From the human T2T-CHM13v2.0 reference genome, Homo sapiens, in the NCBI RefSeq assembly GCF_009914755.1, contig NC_060926.1: a stretch of DNA of 64,000 nucleotides. One strand, written 5' to 3'. The notes beneath the pieces were generated by a model. That model was given only the letters and a program-made list of their open reading frames with translations, ran no database searches and had not been told where the DNA came from. Below, in pieces: positions 13,694-25,142 of the stretch (position 1 is its first letter; every line of letters begins with the position of its first letter). Position numbers and translations under genes: made by a program.

Positions 13694-15904
13694 TTAAACA
13701 TAGGCAAACAGAAATTGAAAATCAGACAGATAGCAAAGCACTGTCAACTGATCACTGCATTTCAGAGAAAAGAAAATAACAATCATTTACAATTCCATTT
13801 CCACACCAAAATACTGAAAAGAACATAGACATATTTGTAAGTGGGAAACCATTTTCAAAAACTGAAGTATCTTTTCAGTTTTGAGCAATATAACATCGTT
13901 TCATTAAGTCAGCTATAACAGAAAGCATCCGGTTAATACAAAAAGTGCTTGTTTTTAAATAACGTATTCCACCCCTACAGTGCCCACCCCCATCCTGCTC
14001 CTGCCCCCACCATTCCAGTCAGATCTACTGATGTTGGGCTACTTCTCAACCTCACCTCTGTCCACTCCCAGCCTCACTGGCTGTGTTACTATCACAGCAG
14101 CCCCGACGGACACTTGTGCAGCTCAGAGCACTAGTCCCCAGGGTCCCCAGCCAGCCTCCTTGCAGTCAGCCCTGCTGTGTCTGGGCAGAGGCCTCCCCTA
14201 ATCTTCCTACCCAGCCTCTCCCCACAGCCTCCTTCCTCAGAGCAGCCACCACTCACTTGGGGCAAGACATTCCTGTTTCCACATCGAGTCTTCATCCCTC
14301 TACTAAAACACAGGCTTCCCTCCCTGTGGCGCCCTTAGCTCCCAGAATGGGTCTGGCACACAGCAGACATGCACTAAATATTTAATGAATACGTTAACCC
14401 AGTTCCAATTTGCCCCAAGAATACTGAGATGGGAGCAAGCTGCACTTTTTTTTTCTAAATGGGAAATAGGTTACTATAGCACCAAAAAAAGCAAGGCTTT
14501 ATTTAACAAGTAAAATGTTTCTTTTTCATTTTAAGAAATGAGTAGTCAGAAGACAGGGTTGAAGAATGCTTTAAAAAGAACGTGGAGTAAGCCTGGATGT
14601 CAGTGTGAAGTCCACGCTACGACATCAGCTCCTGGATTGGCTCCTGGTAAAGAACCTCAAACCAGAAACAGCAGACCACATTGTTTTCTTAGGAGTAACA
14701 CTAACCAAGATCAGGGTTTACGTTCATATAAGAAAAAAAGAAGCACTAATAAAATGTTTTCAACTTTTTCAAAGCAAGACAATAACTCCACCACCGTACA
14801 ACTGTGTAGATACGTGTCATGGACACACACTGCATCCGTGGAGACCTGAAGGAGCATAGGCAGCGGCTCCTAGCTCAGCTCTGAGAAGAAGCCTGTGAGC
14901 CGGCCACTCCCAGTGAAAACCACATTCTTGTTCTCACGGCTCAGACCCCATGAAGCCAACCCTAGTGGCGGCTGAGCTTGTGCGTGAGAAGCTCATCAGG
15001 GGCACTGCCAATCAACGAAAGCAGCAAGCACTGCAATATAAAACAGACACGAAGGCCCTAAGAGTCCACCCATCTCCCTCTCTCCGCACACAGATGTGCC
15101 ATTTGCTGCTACCTGTGAACTGAGGACCGCCGTGGCATGGTAGCTTTGACCAAAAATTGGCAGTGCATCTGCGGTCCAACTCTCAGGATGTCTAGCATGC
15201 ACTGCTGTTTCCCAGAATGATTACAGTAACCCGTCGCTGGACCCTAACCTCATTCTGCACACAAGTAGTCCATGTTCATGCCCTTTCATCCACCTTCCCT
15301 TCCTCTCCTAACTATACTTTCTGATCCCTGTTTCCGTCTCCCAGGCTCCCCAGTACACAGCTCTTCCTTTCTGCTTTGGATACCTTCAAGGGAAGCATCC
15401 TCCCCTACTGCACTGGCCTATGGGACCCTGTGTGTTCTGCCTCCCCCCGTCATCTTATCAAGATTCACGTCTGCCTCGTGGCTTTATGGTGATTCCGGCC
15501 TATCTCTGGGCCCTCCGGGACAACCCTATGTTGTTGGCATCCACATCTCTGTCTGCATGGCACATGCACAGTCTTCATAAGTGTGATCCCGTTTCCTCCT
15601 GGACACTTCTGTGCTCTCTTTACCCCTTTGTTTTGACACATTTCATATATAAATGAATATGTAAGTATAGAAGCTTAAAGTAGTGCCTTGAGAATTCTAT
15701 ACAATCCATAAATCTCACTCCAGTATCCATAGTGAAACAGCATTAAATTAATTCTGAAGCAAAAATAACACAATCTCAAGAAATTCATGATCTTGTTGGA
15801 AAGACAGAACTCACCTCATCAAACACCCTTAAAGGAAAGCTCGACTCAGTGGCAATTTAACGTGGTTGAATTCTAGAATAGTGTTCAAGTACAGAACAGA
15901 TCTA

Positions 15905-16177
<273 letters not shown>

Positions 16178-16876
16178 TCACTCACTCCCCGCAGGGAGCA
16201 GTGGGGACTAGCCAAAACACACAGCCCGCCCGAATCTCACCGCCAGGGATGGAGCCAATGACCTAGAGAAAGTCACCTACATGCCTGGGTTTCATCACGT
16301 ATGAAGGGAACACACAACATATACAAGCAAGCATGTGAGCGAAAGAGCTTGCACAGTGCCCTTATCCAGGTTCCTCCTGAAAGGACTGCTCCCTGTAACC
16401 ACAGGAGCCCCCTCTAGCGGGCAGCTGCTGTCATGCAGGTGCTACAGAAAGGTACAATGGACACTCAGCTGCACCAGGAGTCAGGAAGGGGCTCTAACCT
16501 TGGCTTTGGGACCCAGCTATGTGGCATCTGCTCACTCAGGAGTACACCCATCTGTGAGTGAGTACCATCCTCGGCTCTATTTCAGAGGCTGTCACAAAGT
16601 TCAAACACGACAGTTTATGTGGAAGTGCCCTGCTTACACTGCCCACATAAAATTCCAATTCAAATTGACAACCAGCATGGATTTTCACAAATTTTCCAAA
16701 CATAAAAGATTAAAAACAGCTTTTTCTTGTTTCGTTTTATAAAACAGCTTTTTCAATAAACAAAAATGTGAAATACCCACCTTAGGCCCAATTATTAAAT
16801 ATTTAATATTATTTAATATTAATATTGAAGAAAAACCAGTGAAATAAGCAACCATATATCTGAGAAAAAGGTATCA

Positions 16877-17083
<207 letters not shown>

Positions 17084-17357
17084 TCACACAGCAGCACATT
17101 GTGACCACTCTGGTTCCTGTAGGCATTAGTAACTATTAGGTAAAAATACCAAGAAACCTCTTGGTGATAAAAATGCCAACATCTACATCTTTATTGCCTA
17201 TTAATTTGTTTAATTATCTGTCTATCCCCCACCACTCTGTCCATGTAAGTTTCGTTAAAGGCAGATATACTGTCTGTTTGTTCACTGCTAAATCCTCAGG
17301 CCCTGGAACAATGCCTGAAATTTTTATTAAATATGTTTACTATGTTCAATAAAAATT

Positions 17358-17410
17358 GGAGGGAGGGAGGGAGGGGTGGATGGATGGATGGATGGACGGA
17401 CAGACGGGAG
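17358..17410. repeat. (GGAG)n/(GGAT)n microsatellite
   Basis: ggagggagggagggagggg tggatggatggatggatggacgga. Confidence 0.8.
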
Positions 17411-18499
17411 GAAGAAAGACAGGGATGGAGGGAAGCTCAGGAGTGAAGGGAAGGGAATAAAAAACATTTCTCTAATCCAAGCTTCTGTCCCCATGTCCTG
17501 ACCTCGTTACCCCACTGCCTATTAAACAGCTCCACCTAGATGTCCTGAAGGCACCTGAAGGTAACAGAGCTAAGGTGAAATGCAACATCCATATCCTAGC
17601 CCCCAAGTCTGCTTTCCCTCACAGCAAGGAATATCCACTACCTAACAAGCAAAAGAGAGCAAATTTGAGTGTCGTCTTTGATACCTTTCTCCTTCCTTCA
17701 ACTGCAGAATTACACACAAAATCCTAACTGTTCAGACTCTCTGGACACTGCATCGCCTCCCTATGCCATGTGCTGACTCTGTCGGCACCCTCACACCTCT
17801 CATCTACAAGGCAAAGACCTGCTTCAATGCCTGTCTCCAGCAGCCCAATTTACTCTCCACACTAAAGTGGGAACATTCCTTCCAAAAAAAGAAAAGAAAC
17901 ATAACCAAAAGTAAAACAAACTGAAGAAGTTCAACAGATATGATGGGGTAATAACCTTACTATATACAGAAATTGTACAGAACAATAAGAAAACAAAGAA
18001 TAAAAACACACAGCTTATTTTAAAATTATAAAATATAGCCAAAAACCACATGAAAAAGTGGTCAACCTTGCTACAAAAAAACAAAAGACTATTAACAAGG
18101 AAACATTAGTTTTTCATGTGTCAAAATGAGAAATAATTTAAAAAATGATTACAGAGTTAGGACAAGACAATGAGTACCATCCTAAACTGCTAATGGTAAT
18201 GAAACCTAGAGGACGCTGGGTCTACAGCATTAGGAATCCATTCAAAGAGTATATACATAAGATTGACCTATAAGGATGCTCAATGAAGTATGATGTAACA
18301 CCAAAAATGCAAATAGAAACCCTTAAATGTCCAACAACGGAGGAATAGTTAAACAAAATTAAGGCATATCCATATTATGGAATACTAAGTACTCAGAAAA
18401 ACACAAAAATATTAAAATACTTTATAGTGAAATTTAAATAAAACAGGAGAATATGAAATATCAAGATATTTTTCGATCTTGATTTGATAACTGAAGAGT

Positions 18500-19550
18500 A
18501 AGGAAGAAACAAGTTACAAAACAAGGCAAAGCAGACAACCCAATTTAAAAATGGGCAAAAGATGTAAACACCTCTCGCAAATGAAATTAACGCAGATAGC
18601 AAATAAGTATATGAAAAGATGAACACTGTATATCATGAGATATTCCAAAGTTGAAACAAGATACCACTACGCAGCTATCAGAATGGATAGCAATCCAAAG
18701 TAACCGACAGCCCCGCATGCTGGCGAGCACGCAGAGCAACAAGGAGAGCCTTCACTTCTGGTGGGAGTCAAATGGCACAGTCACTCTGGAAGATGGCTTG
18801 GCAGCTTCTTAGAAAACTAGTCTTACTACATGAGTAATCACTCTTCCAGGTATTACCCAAATGATATAAAAATGTATTTCCAAAAAGAAATCTGCATGTA
18901 CACGATTACAGCAGCTTTATTCATAATTGCCAAAAACTTGAAGCAACCAAGATGCCCTTCAATTGCTGAATGAATTGAAGTACATCCATGCAATGAGATA
19001 TTACTCAGTGATTAAAAAGAAATGAGTTACCAAGCCACGAAGACATAAGTGAATCTTACATAGATATTTCCAAGTATTCAAGGCGTCTGAAAAGGCAATA
19101 TATTGTATGATTCTAATTATATGACATTCCAGAAAAGGCAACTATGGAAATGTTAATGAGATCTGTGGTTGTCAGGGGTTGGAGAAAAAGAAGGGTTTAA
19201 TAGGTAAAGCAGAGGGGAATTTTTTAAGGCAGTGAAGCTACTCTGTACGAACCTATAATGGTGGAGACATGCTATTACACACGTGTCAAAACCTATAGAA
19301 CCTTATAGCACAAAGAAAAAATCCATAGAACCTTATAGCACAAAGAATGCGCTCAATGTATGCACATTTTAAAAAACGCATTAGGTAGAAGGATCCCAAG
19401 ATGTAAGGCAGAATGTGACAAAGCAATCCAACTGTGTTACAAATGTATGAAACGATTTCACTGAAGAAGGTGGGGGCAAAATGCTAAGAAATGAGAGTAG
19501 TCAGTCAGAGTAAAGGCAAAAGGAAGCGGACACAAGCACTGAACTCCGTG
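18500..19550 (+). mobile_element. Old L1 (L1MC-like) ORF2 end and 3' UTR fragment in NDUFA10 intron 1
   Basis: caacccaatttaaaaatgggcaaaaga...gaagcaaccaagatgcccttca...ccagaaaaggcaactatgg...gtcaaaacctatagaa. Confidence 0.75.
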
Positions 19551-19890
19551 TCTGCTCAACATGGCATCACCCAAGCACCCAGCAGGGCCCGACCTTTAAA
19601 CGGCTCTTGACAGGGCTGCTACGTGAATTATCTAATGACAAGCGCGTGTGCCCCCGGCCTGCCACCTGCACACGGGCCTCCCGCATCAGGGCAGCCTCGG
19701 GGCCGATCACCTCCGCGCTCCAGCGTTTTGCTTAAAGCTGAGATAAAATGGCCTGGAGAAGCTCGTGGCCCCCTGAGGTCTGTCCACGACCAAAGACCAA
19801 ACAATTCCGGAGGCAGGAGGGGTCCCCCAAACCCACCCGGAGAGCGACCTGGGAGCCGCCGCCAGAGGCCGGGGGAGATGTGGAACTGCT

Positions 19891-19946
19891 CCCCACCCCG
19901 CCACCCCGCCACCCTGCCACCCCGCCACCCTGCCACCCCGCCGCCC
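19891..19946 (-). repeat. 8-bp G-rich tandem repeat (GGGTGGCR-like, ~6 copies) just inside NDUFA10 intron 1
   Basis: Plus strand: ccccaccccg ccaccccg ccaccctg ccaccccg ccaccctg ccaccccg ccgccc. Confidence 0.85.
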
Positions 19947-19952
19947 GCTCAC

Positions 19953-20027
19953 CACGCGCTGGGCGCCCGCCGCCACGACCCGGGCGGACGCGGACGTCGC
20001 TGCCAGCTTCAGGAGCCGCAAGGCCAT
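19953..20027 (-). CDS. NDUFA10: NDUFA10 coding exon 1 (MALRLLKLAATSASARVVAAGAQRV; mitochondrial presequence)
   Basis: Kozak context gtagccATGG; donor GTG|gtgagc; N-terminus of ORF 19707..20027. Confidence 0.97.
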
Positions 20028-20668
20028 GGCTACCCGGTCAGCTCAGGATCAAGGACCCAAGGGGACGCGGTCGCGACGGGGCCCTCTCTCGCGGCCGGCG
20101 CGCTGCCGTGACGTCACGGCCGGGGTGCCCGCGGCGCCTGTCGGGAACCTTCCAGGGGGCGGGGCCGCGCCGAGGCCCTCGGGGGCTTCCGCGGAGACAG
20201 CCAGTGCGCTGCCAGGGTCCTGCGGGTTGGGGCGAGGGCCGAGAGGTGGGAGTTGGAGGTGAACGTGGGGGCAGCATGCTGGCTGCCCGGCCCCTGCCTG
20301 GGTTCTGAGTTGCTGCGGTGTCGCGGGAGCTGAGGCCGCCCAGGGCGTGGAGCGACTTCTGCGTCTCGTCCCAGGGTCCTGTGCTCCCCGCAGAATCCCC
20401 CAGGCGCGGTGTGGACGTCAAAGCGACCTCCTAGAGAACATTCCTAGCTCTCAGAACGTTCTCGCTGGGGAGGGAAAGTGGAAAAAGAGGGGGCGAGGAG
20501 CGGAGGGACGGGGTGGGACCCCTGTCGCGGGGCGCCTGTCAGGGAGAGGGACCTGGCAAGGCCGGCCTGGGTCGCCTCCGGAGCTGAAGGCTAAGTGGTC
20601 TCATCCAGGGGACCTGCTGTGAACACATTGAATAGCATAGAAAACAAAAGCACACGCTCCAAGTCCAT

Positions 20669-20671
<3 letters not shown>

Positions 20672-20702
<31 letters not shown>

Positions 20703-20980
20703 AGGCAGAGTCCCGCTCTGTCGCCCAGGCTGGAGTGCGGTGGCGCCATCGCGCTCACTGCAAGCTCCGCCTCCCTGGTTCACGCCATTCTCCTGCCTCA
20801 GCCTCCCGAGTAGCTGGGACTACAGGCGCCCGCCGCCACACCCGGCTAATTTTTTTGTATTTTTAGTAGAGACGGGGTTTCACCATGTTAGCCAGGATGG
20901 TCTCGATCTCCTGACCTCGTGATCCACCCGCCTCGGCCTCCCAAAGTGCTAGGATTACAGGCGTGAGCCACCGCGCCGGC
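20672..20980 (-). mobile_element. Full-length AluY with 13-bp TSD and ~30-nt pure A tail
   Basis: TSD AAGTCCATCTCTT at 20661-20673 and 20981-20993; L1-endonuclease-type site TTTT/AAGA on the minus strand; many CpGs retained. Confidence 0.95.
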
Positions 20981-21559
20981 AAGTCCATCTCTTAAAATGT
21001 GCTCCCGTCAGGACCTGGGCTCTGGGCTCCACGAAGGAGCCTTGCATGTGAGGTTTCCTTCCAAGTATGCCTGCTGTTGGGAAGGGTTTTTATAATCTTT
21101 TGTGTTCCCCAGGCTTTTTGTTCTTAACCCCTTAAATATTCTTTAACTTTGTTTTCAACTTTTCAGAAATGATCATGCGATTGTAAAACAGTGGGAATGC
21201 AGCTGTGTAAACTAAGGCCGGTTCTATGGATGTTTCTATAATTGAAGAATTGCTTTTTGTCAAAAATACGGATTCCCGGTCCCCAACGCAGGAGGGTCTG
21301 GTTTTTAGATCCTGGAGGGCACCTGAAATCCATTTAACAAGCTTTAGGGTTCATGTCTGCTGTTTTTTGCCTTGTTTCCTTTGCATTTTTTTTTTTTTTT
21401 TTTGTGCCTTCCAATGGATACAGTACATTTTTTTAGAATTCCATCTTGATTTACTGATAATGTCTTGGGAAATATCATTATGTATAGTTTTCGTAGTGGT
21501 TCCTCTAGGTATCACAGCACGCAGACGTAACTTCTCACAACCTGTTTGCGTGGATGTTT

Positions 21560-22110
21560 TGTTGTACCTGAGCGAGTTAGAAAAACACCACCTTTGAGAC
21601 GAATTAAGAGTCCTTTATTAGCTGGCGACCGAGAGACGGCTAACGCTCAAAATTCTCTCAGCCCCGAGGAAGGGGCTTGATTAACTTTTATACCTTGGTT
21701 TAGGAAGGGGGGGGGGGTCTAGTTAAAACAATTTTACAGAAGTAAAGTAGTCAAAAAGTTAAAAGGGTAAATGGTTACAGGAGAGTAAACAGTTCAAGGT
21801 GCAGGGGCTTTAAGACTATTACAAGATGATAGACCCGGGGCTTTGGGCGTTATCAATCGGACAAATTCCTGGGAACTGCGGATGTAGCTTGCCACAGTAT
21901 CTTACCAGTTAATTGCATTCTTGGATGTGGTGGGAGTCAGCCTGCACAAGTTAAGTCCTTGAGAAAGGGGCTGCCAGTGAAAGAGCCAAGATGGAGTCTG
22001 TCTGGCTCTCTTAGCTAAGGGAGAGTCAATTCAGGTGGAAACAGGGCTAGGTGATTAAAGGAAAAGGGAGAGTCTGAAAACAGTTAGTAAAAACCAGGTT
22101 GGGCATTACA
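21560..22110 (-). mobile_element. Solo ERV1 LTR, LTR6A/LTR6B-like (HERV-S71)
   Basis: Minus strand TGTAATGCCCAACC...GGTACAACA with TG...CA termini. 4-bp TSD GTTT (21556-21559, 22111-22114). TATAAAA and AATAAA intact. Confidence 0.85.
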
Positions 22111-22279
22111 GTTTTACTGGTTCAAGGGAAGTATTACTATATACTTCCCCGTCCCTCCGCTTCTCGCACCCCTTTTTCCGTTTTCCCTCCCCAGCTAGAA
22201 CGTTCTGAGAGCTAGGAATGTTCTCTAGGAGGTCGCTTTGACGTCCACACTATATTAGACAGCATGAAAATAACTTCAG

Positions 22280-23458
22280 ACCCCAATAGACCAATATCTC
22301 TCGTGAACTTAGACACAAAAATCCTTAACGAAATGTTAGCAAATTGAATCCAACACTATATGAAATGAATCATACACCACAACCCAAGGTGGTTTATTCA
22401 GAAGATGCAAGGCTAATCTGGTATTTGAAAATCAACCAATGTAATACACCTTACCAGCAGGTGAAAGACGAAATCTATGACCAGATTGCCTGATGCAGTT
22501 TTCTGCATCACTTGACAAAATTAAATACTCATTTATGATAAAAACAAAAACTGCTCTCAGCAAATAAGGACTAAAGGGGAGCTGCTTCAGCTTGATAAAG
22601 CACATGCGTGAAAACTCTGCATCATTGTACTTAATCATGAAAGACTGAATGCTTGCCTTCTAAGGAGGAAACAAGGCAAGGATATCTGCTCTGCCCACTC
22701 TTATTCAACAGAGCACTGGAAGTTCTAGTAATAGGCCATGCAGTATGGCAAAAAATAAAAAATGAAATTCATACAGATCAGAAAGGAAGAAATAAAACTG
22801 TCTATTTTTAGTTGACATGACTGTTCACATAGAAAACCCAAAGGAATCTACAAAAAACTCCTGGAACTAATGAGTGAGCGCAGCAAGTTTGCAGGCTGCA
22901 ATGTCAACATATGAAAATCAGCTGCATCCTATGTACTAACAACAAACAGAAGGAAACTGAAATAAAAGATGGAATACCATTTACAGTTGCTTCAAAGAAA
23001 ATATAATATTTAGGTCTAAATCCAGCAAAACACACACAGAATCTGCATATTAAAAAGTACAAAACACTGATTTAAAGAATGAAGACCTCAATAATTGGAG
23101 GGGTTTACTATGTTCATGGATTGAAAGACTCAACAGAGTAATGAAGTCAGTTCTTCCCAAATTGATTTTTAGGTTTAATGGAATTTCTAGCAAAATCTCA
23201 GCGAGGTTCTCTTGTAGACATTGACAGGCTTACTATAAAATTTATATAAAAATATAAAGGCTGTACAATAGCCACAATAATTTTGAAGCAGAAGAATAAA
23301 GTGGGAGGAGTCACTCTTCCAGTGTTAAGATTTACTACATAATCATATAAATCAAGACTGTGTGGTATGGATGGAGGGTGTGATATTGATAGATACGTAG
23401 ATCAATTTAACAGAACAGAGGATCCAGAAATAAGCCAGCACAAATATTCTCAACTGAC
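22280..23458 (+). mobile_element. Old L1 ORF2 (RT region) fragment
   Basis: agaccaatatctctcgtgaac...aacaaggcaaggatatctgctct...gaaggaagaaataaaactgtct...aatcaagactgtgtggta. Confidence 0.85.
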
Positions 23459-23582
23459 GCAGTAGTGCACCACACAATGACATTTGGTGAATGATGAACT
23501 GAACGGCACATAAGATGGTGGTCCCATAAGATTATGACATTATATTTTGACTTACCTTATCTGTGTTTAGATGCATAAATTA
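23459..23582 (+). mobile_element. Tigger3/MER7-like DNA transposon fragment
   Basis: cagtagtgcaccacacaatgacatttggtgaatga...gatggtggtcccataagattat...tgtttagatgcataaat. Confidence 0.65.
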
Positions 23583-24203
23583 TGGATGAGCACAGTGGCT
23601 CACACCTGCTGGGACAGGTGGGACAGGGTTTCACCCAGCATAATGTATTATGTATATATAATACACAATACAGTATATGCATTATCCCAGTATATGTATT
23701 ATCCCAGTATGAATGTATTATGCATTGTGTATTATACAGTATAAATGTATTATTTATTATGAATATTGGATAGCAATGAGAATGCATGAATTATTGTTAC
23801 ATGCAAAAACATCAAGGATTCACTCAAGCAACACGGTGAATGAAAGAAGCTGAACATAACAGGGCACATACTTTATGTGTAAGCCCCTCAGAAACACCAA
23901 TGCTAGCATCTGGTTTTGGAAGTCAGGACAGTGCTTTTTGTGGAGAAGGGTTAATGACTGGGAGAGGGCGTGAAGGCAGCTTCTAGTTCTTGATCTGGGA
24001 GCTGGTTCCATGAGCACAGTCCTTTTGTGAAAACATATGCAGACGAAGGCTTGTTACTTGTGCACAGTTGTGTAGGTTTGTTAAATTTCACTTAGTTCTG
24101 TAGGTTTGTTAAATTTAACTTAAAAATTAATTTAAAGAGCACAAAGTGCCACATACAATGTTGTTTCATCACTACAGATTTTACTCTAGGACATTTAGTT
24201 GTC

Positions 24204-25142
24204 TTAGTGTGAAGTTTGACCCAAGCCCAAGGCCTTTTTCAAGGCGTCCTTAAATTCCTTGTTCCTCAGGCAGTAAATCAAAGGGTTAATTATTGGCGTG
24301 ACAACAGTGTACACGGCAGAGATGAGCTTGTTGGAGCTCTGGGAATCAATGGCTTGGGGCCGGACATACATGAAAAGCAAGGCTGTATAGAAGACGGTGA
24401 CCACGGTGAGGTGAGAGGCGCAGGTAGAGAAGGCTCTCCAGCAGCCGGTGGCCGAGGGGATGCGCAGGACAGCCAGGGTGATGTGCCAATATGACAGTAT
24501 GGTGGCCAGGAGCGGAAACACCAGGATGATGAAGGCCAGGATGAAATCCACCAGCTCTGCAGTGGAGAAGTCCGTGCAGGCCAGCTTGAGGATGGGGGAA
24601 ATGTCACGGAAGAAGTGGTTCAAGACGTTGGAGCCACAGAACGTGACGCTGGAGATAAAACAGACCTTGATCATGGAGATGGTGAAGCCACTCACAAAGG
24701 AGAAGCCCACCAGCTGGAGGCACAGCCCCGGGGTCACAAGGACGTGGTAGCGCAGCGGGTGGCAGATGGCCACGTAGCAGTCGTAGGCCATGGAGGCCAG
24801 AAGCACACACTCGGTGCACACCAGGGAGCTGAAGAAGTAGAGCTGCGTCATGCACCCGACGAAAGAGATGCGTTTCTGCTGGAGGAGGAAGCCCTCCAGC
24901 ATCTTGGGGGTGATGTCAGACACGTACCAGATCTCCAGGAAAGACATGGAGCTCAGAAAGTAGTACATGGGCCTGTGGAGGGAGGTGCTGCTCCAGACGA
25001 TGAGGATGATGGCCAGGTTCTCCACCAGGACAAAGAGGTAGGTGAGCAGGAAGAGGAGGAAGAGCAGGTACTGCAGCCCTGGGGCCGTGGGGAGGCCCAC
25101 CAGGATGAAGGTGCTGACCTTGGTGACATTCTCCCCACTCAT
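24204..25142 (-). CDS. OR6B2: Olfactory receptor 6B2, 312 aa; this allele has C122 and R179
   Basis: Intronless ORF MSGENVTKVSTF...LGQTSH with OR motifs LHRPMY, MAYD[C][22 protein letters not shown]. Splice acceptor ttttgtag| just upstream (exon starts 25167). Confidence 0.95.
   Translation of the reverse strand: MSGENVTKVSTFILVGLPTAPGLQYLLFLLFLLTYLFVLVENLAIILIVWSSTSLHRPMYYFLSSMSFLEIWYVSDITPKMLEGFLLQQKRISFVGCMTQLYFFSSLVCTECVLLASMAYDCYVAICHPLRYHVLVTPGLCLQLVGFSFVSGFTISMIKVCFISSVTFCGSNVLNHFFRDISPILKLACTDFSTAELVDFILAFIILVFPLLATILSYWHITLAVLRIPSATGCWRAFSTCASHLTVVTVFYTALLFMYVRPQAIDSQSSNKLISAVYTVVTPIINPLIYCLRNKEFKDALKKALGLGQTSH

Larger units (their letters stand above)
19600..20600. promoter_or_regulatory. 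NDUFA10: CpG island / NDUFA10 promoter
   Basis: Very GC- and CpG-rich. Perfect CRE inside the 16-bp palindrome GCCGTGACGTCACGGC (20105-20120), GC box GGGGCGGGG (20156-20164), TCGCGA core (20071-20076). Boundaries approximate. Confidence 0.9.

Noticed and set aside
16789-16827. AT-rich imperfect palindrome near NDUFA10 exon 2
   Set aside because: Short and low-complexity; expected by chance.
19623-20622. Multiple 90-190 aa ORFs on both strands
   Set aside because: Stop-codon depletion in a CpG island; only 19953-20027 is coding.
24071-24121. Short tandem duplications (also ~19271-19347, 23680-23712, 34704-34732)
   Set aside because: Ordinary slippage duplications within old repeats, with no evidence of function.
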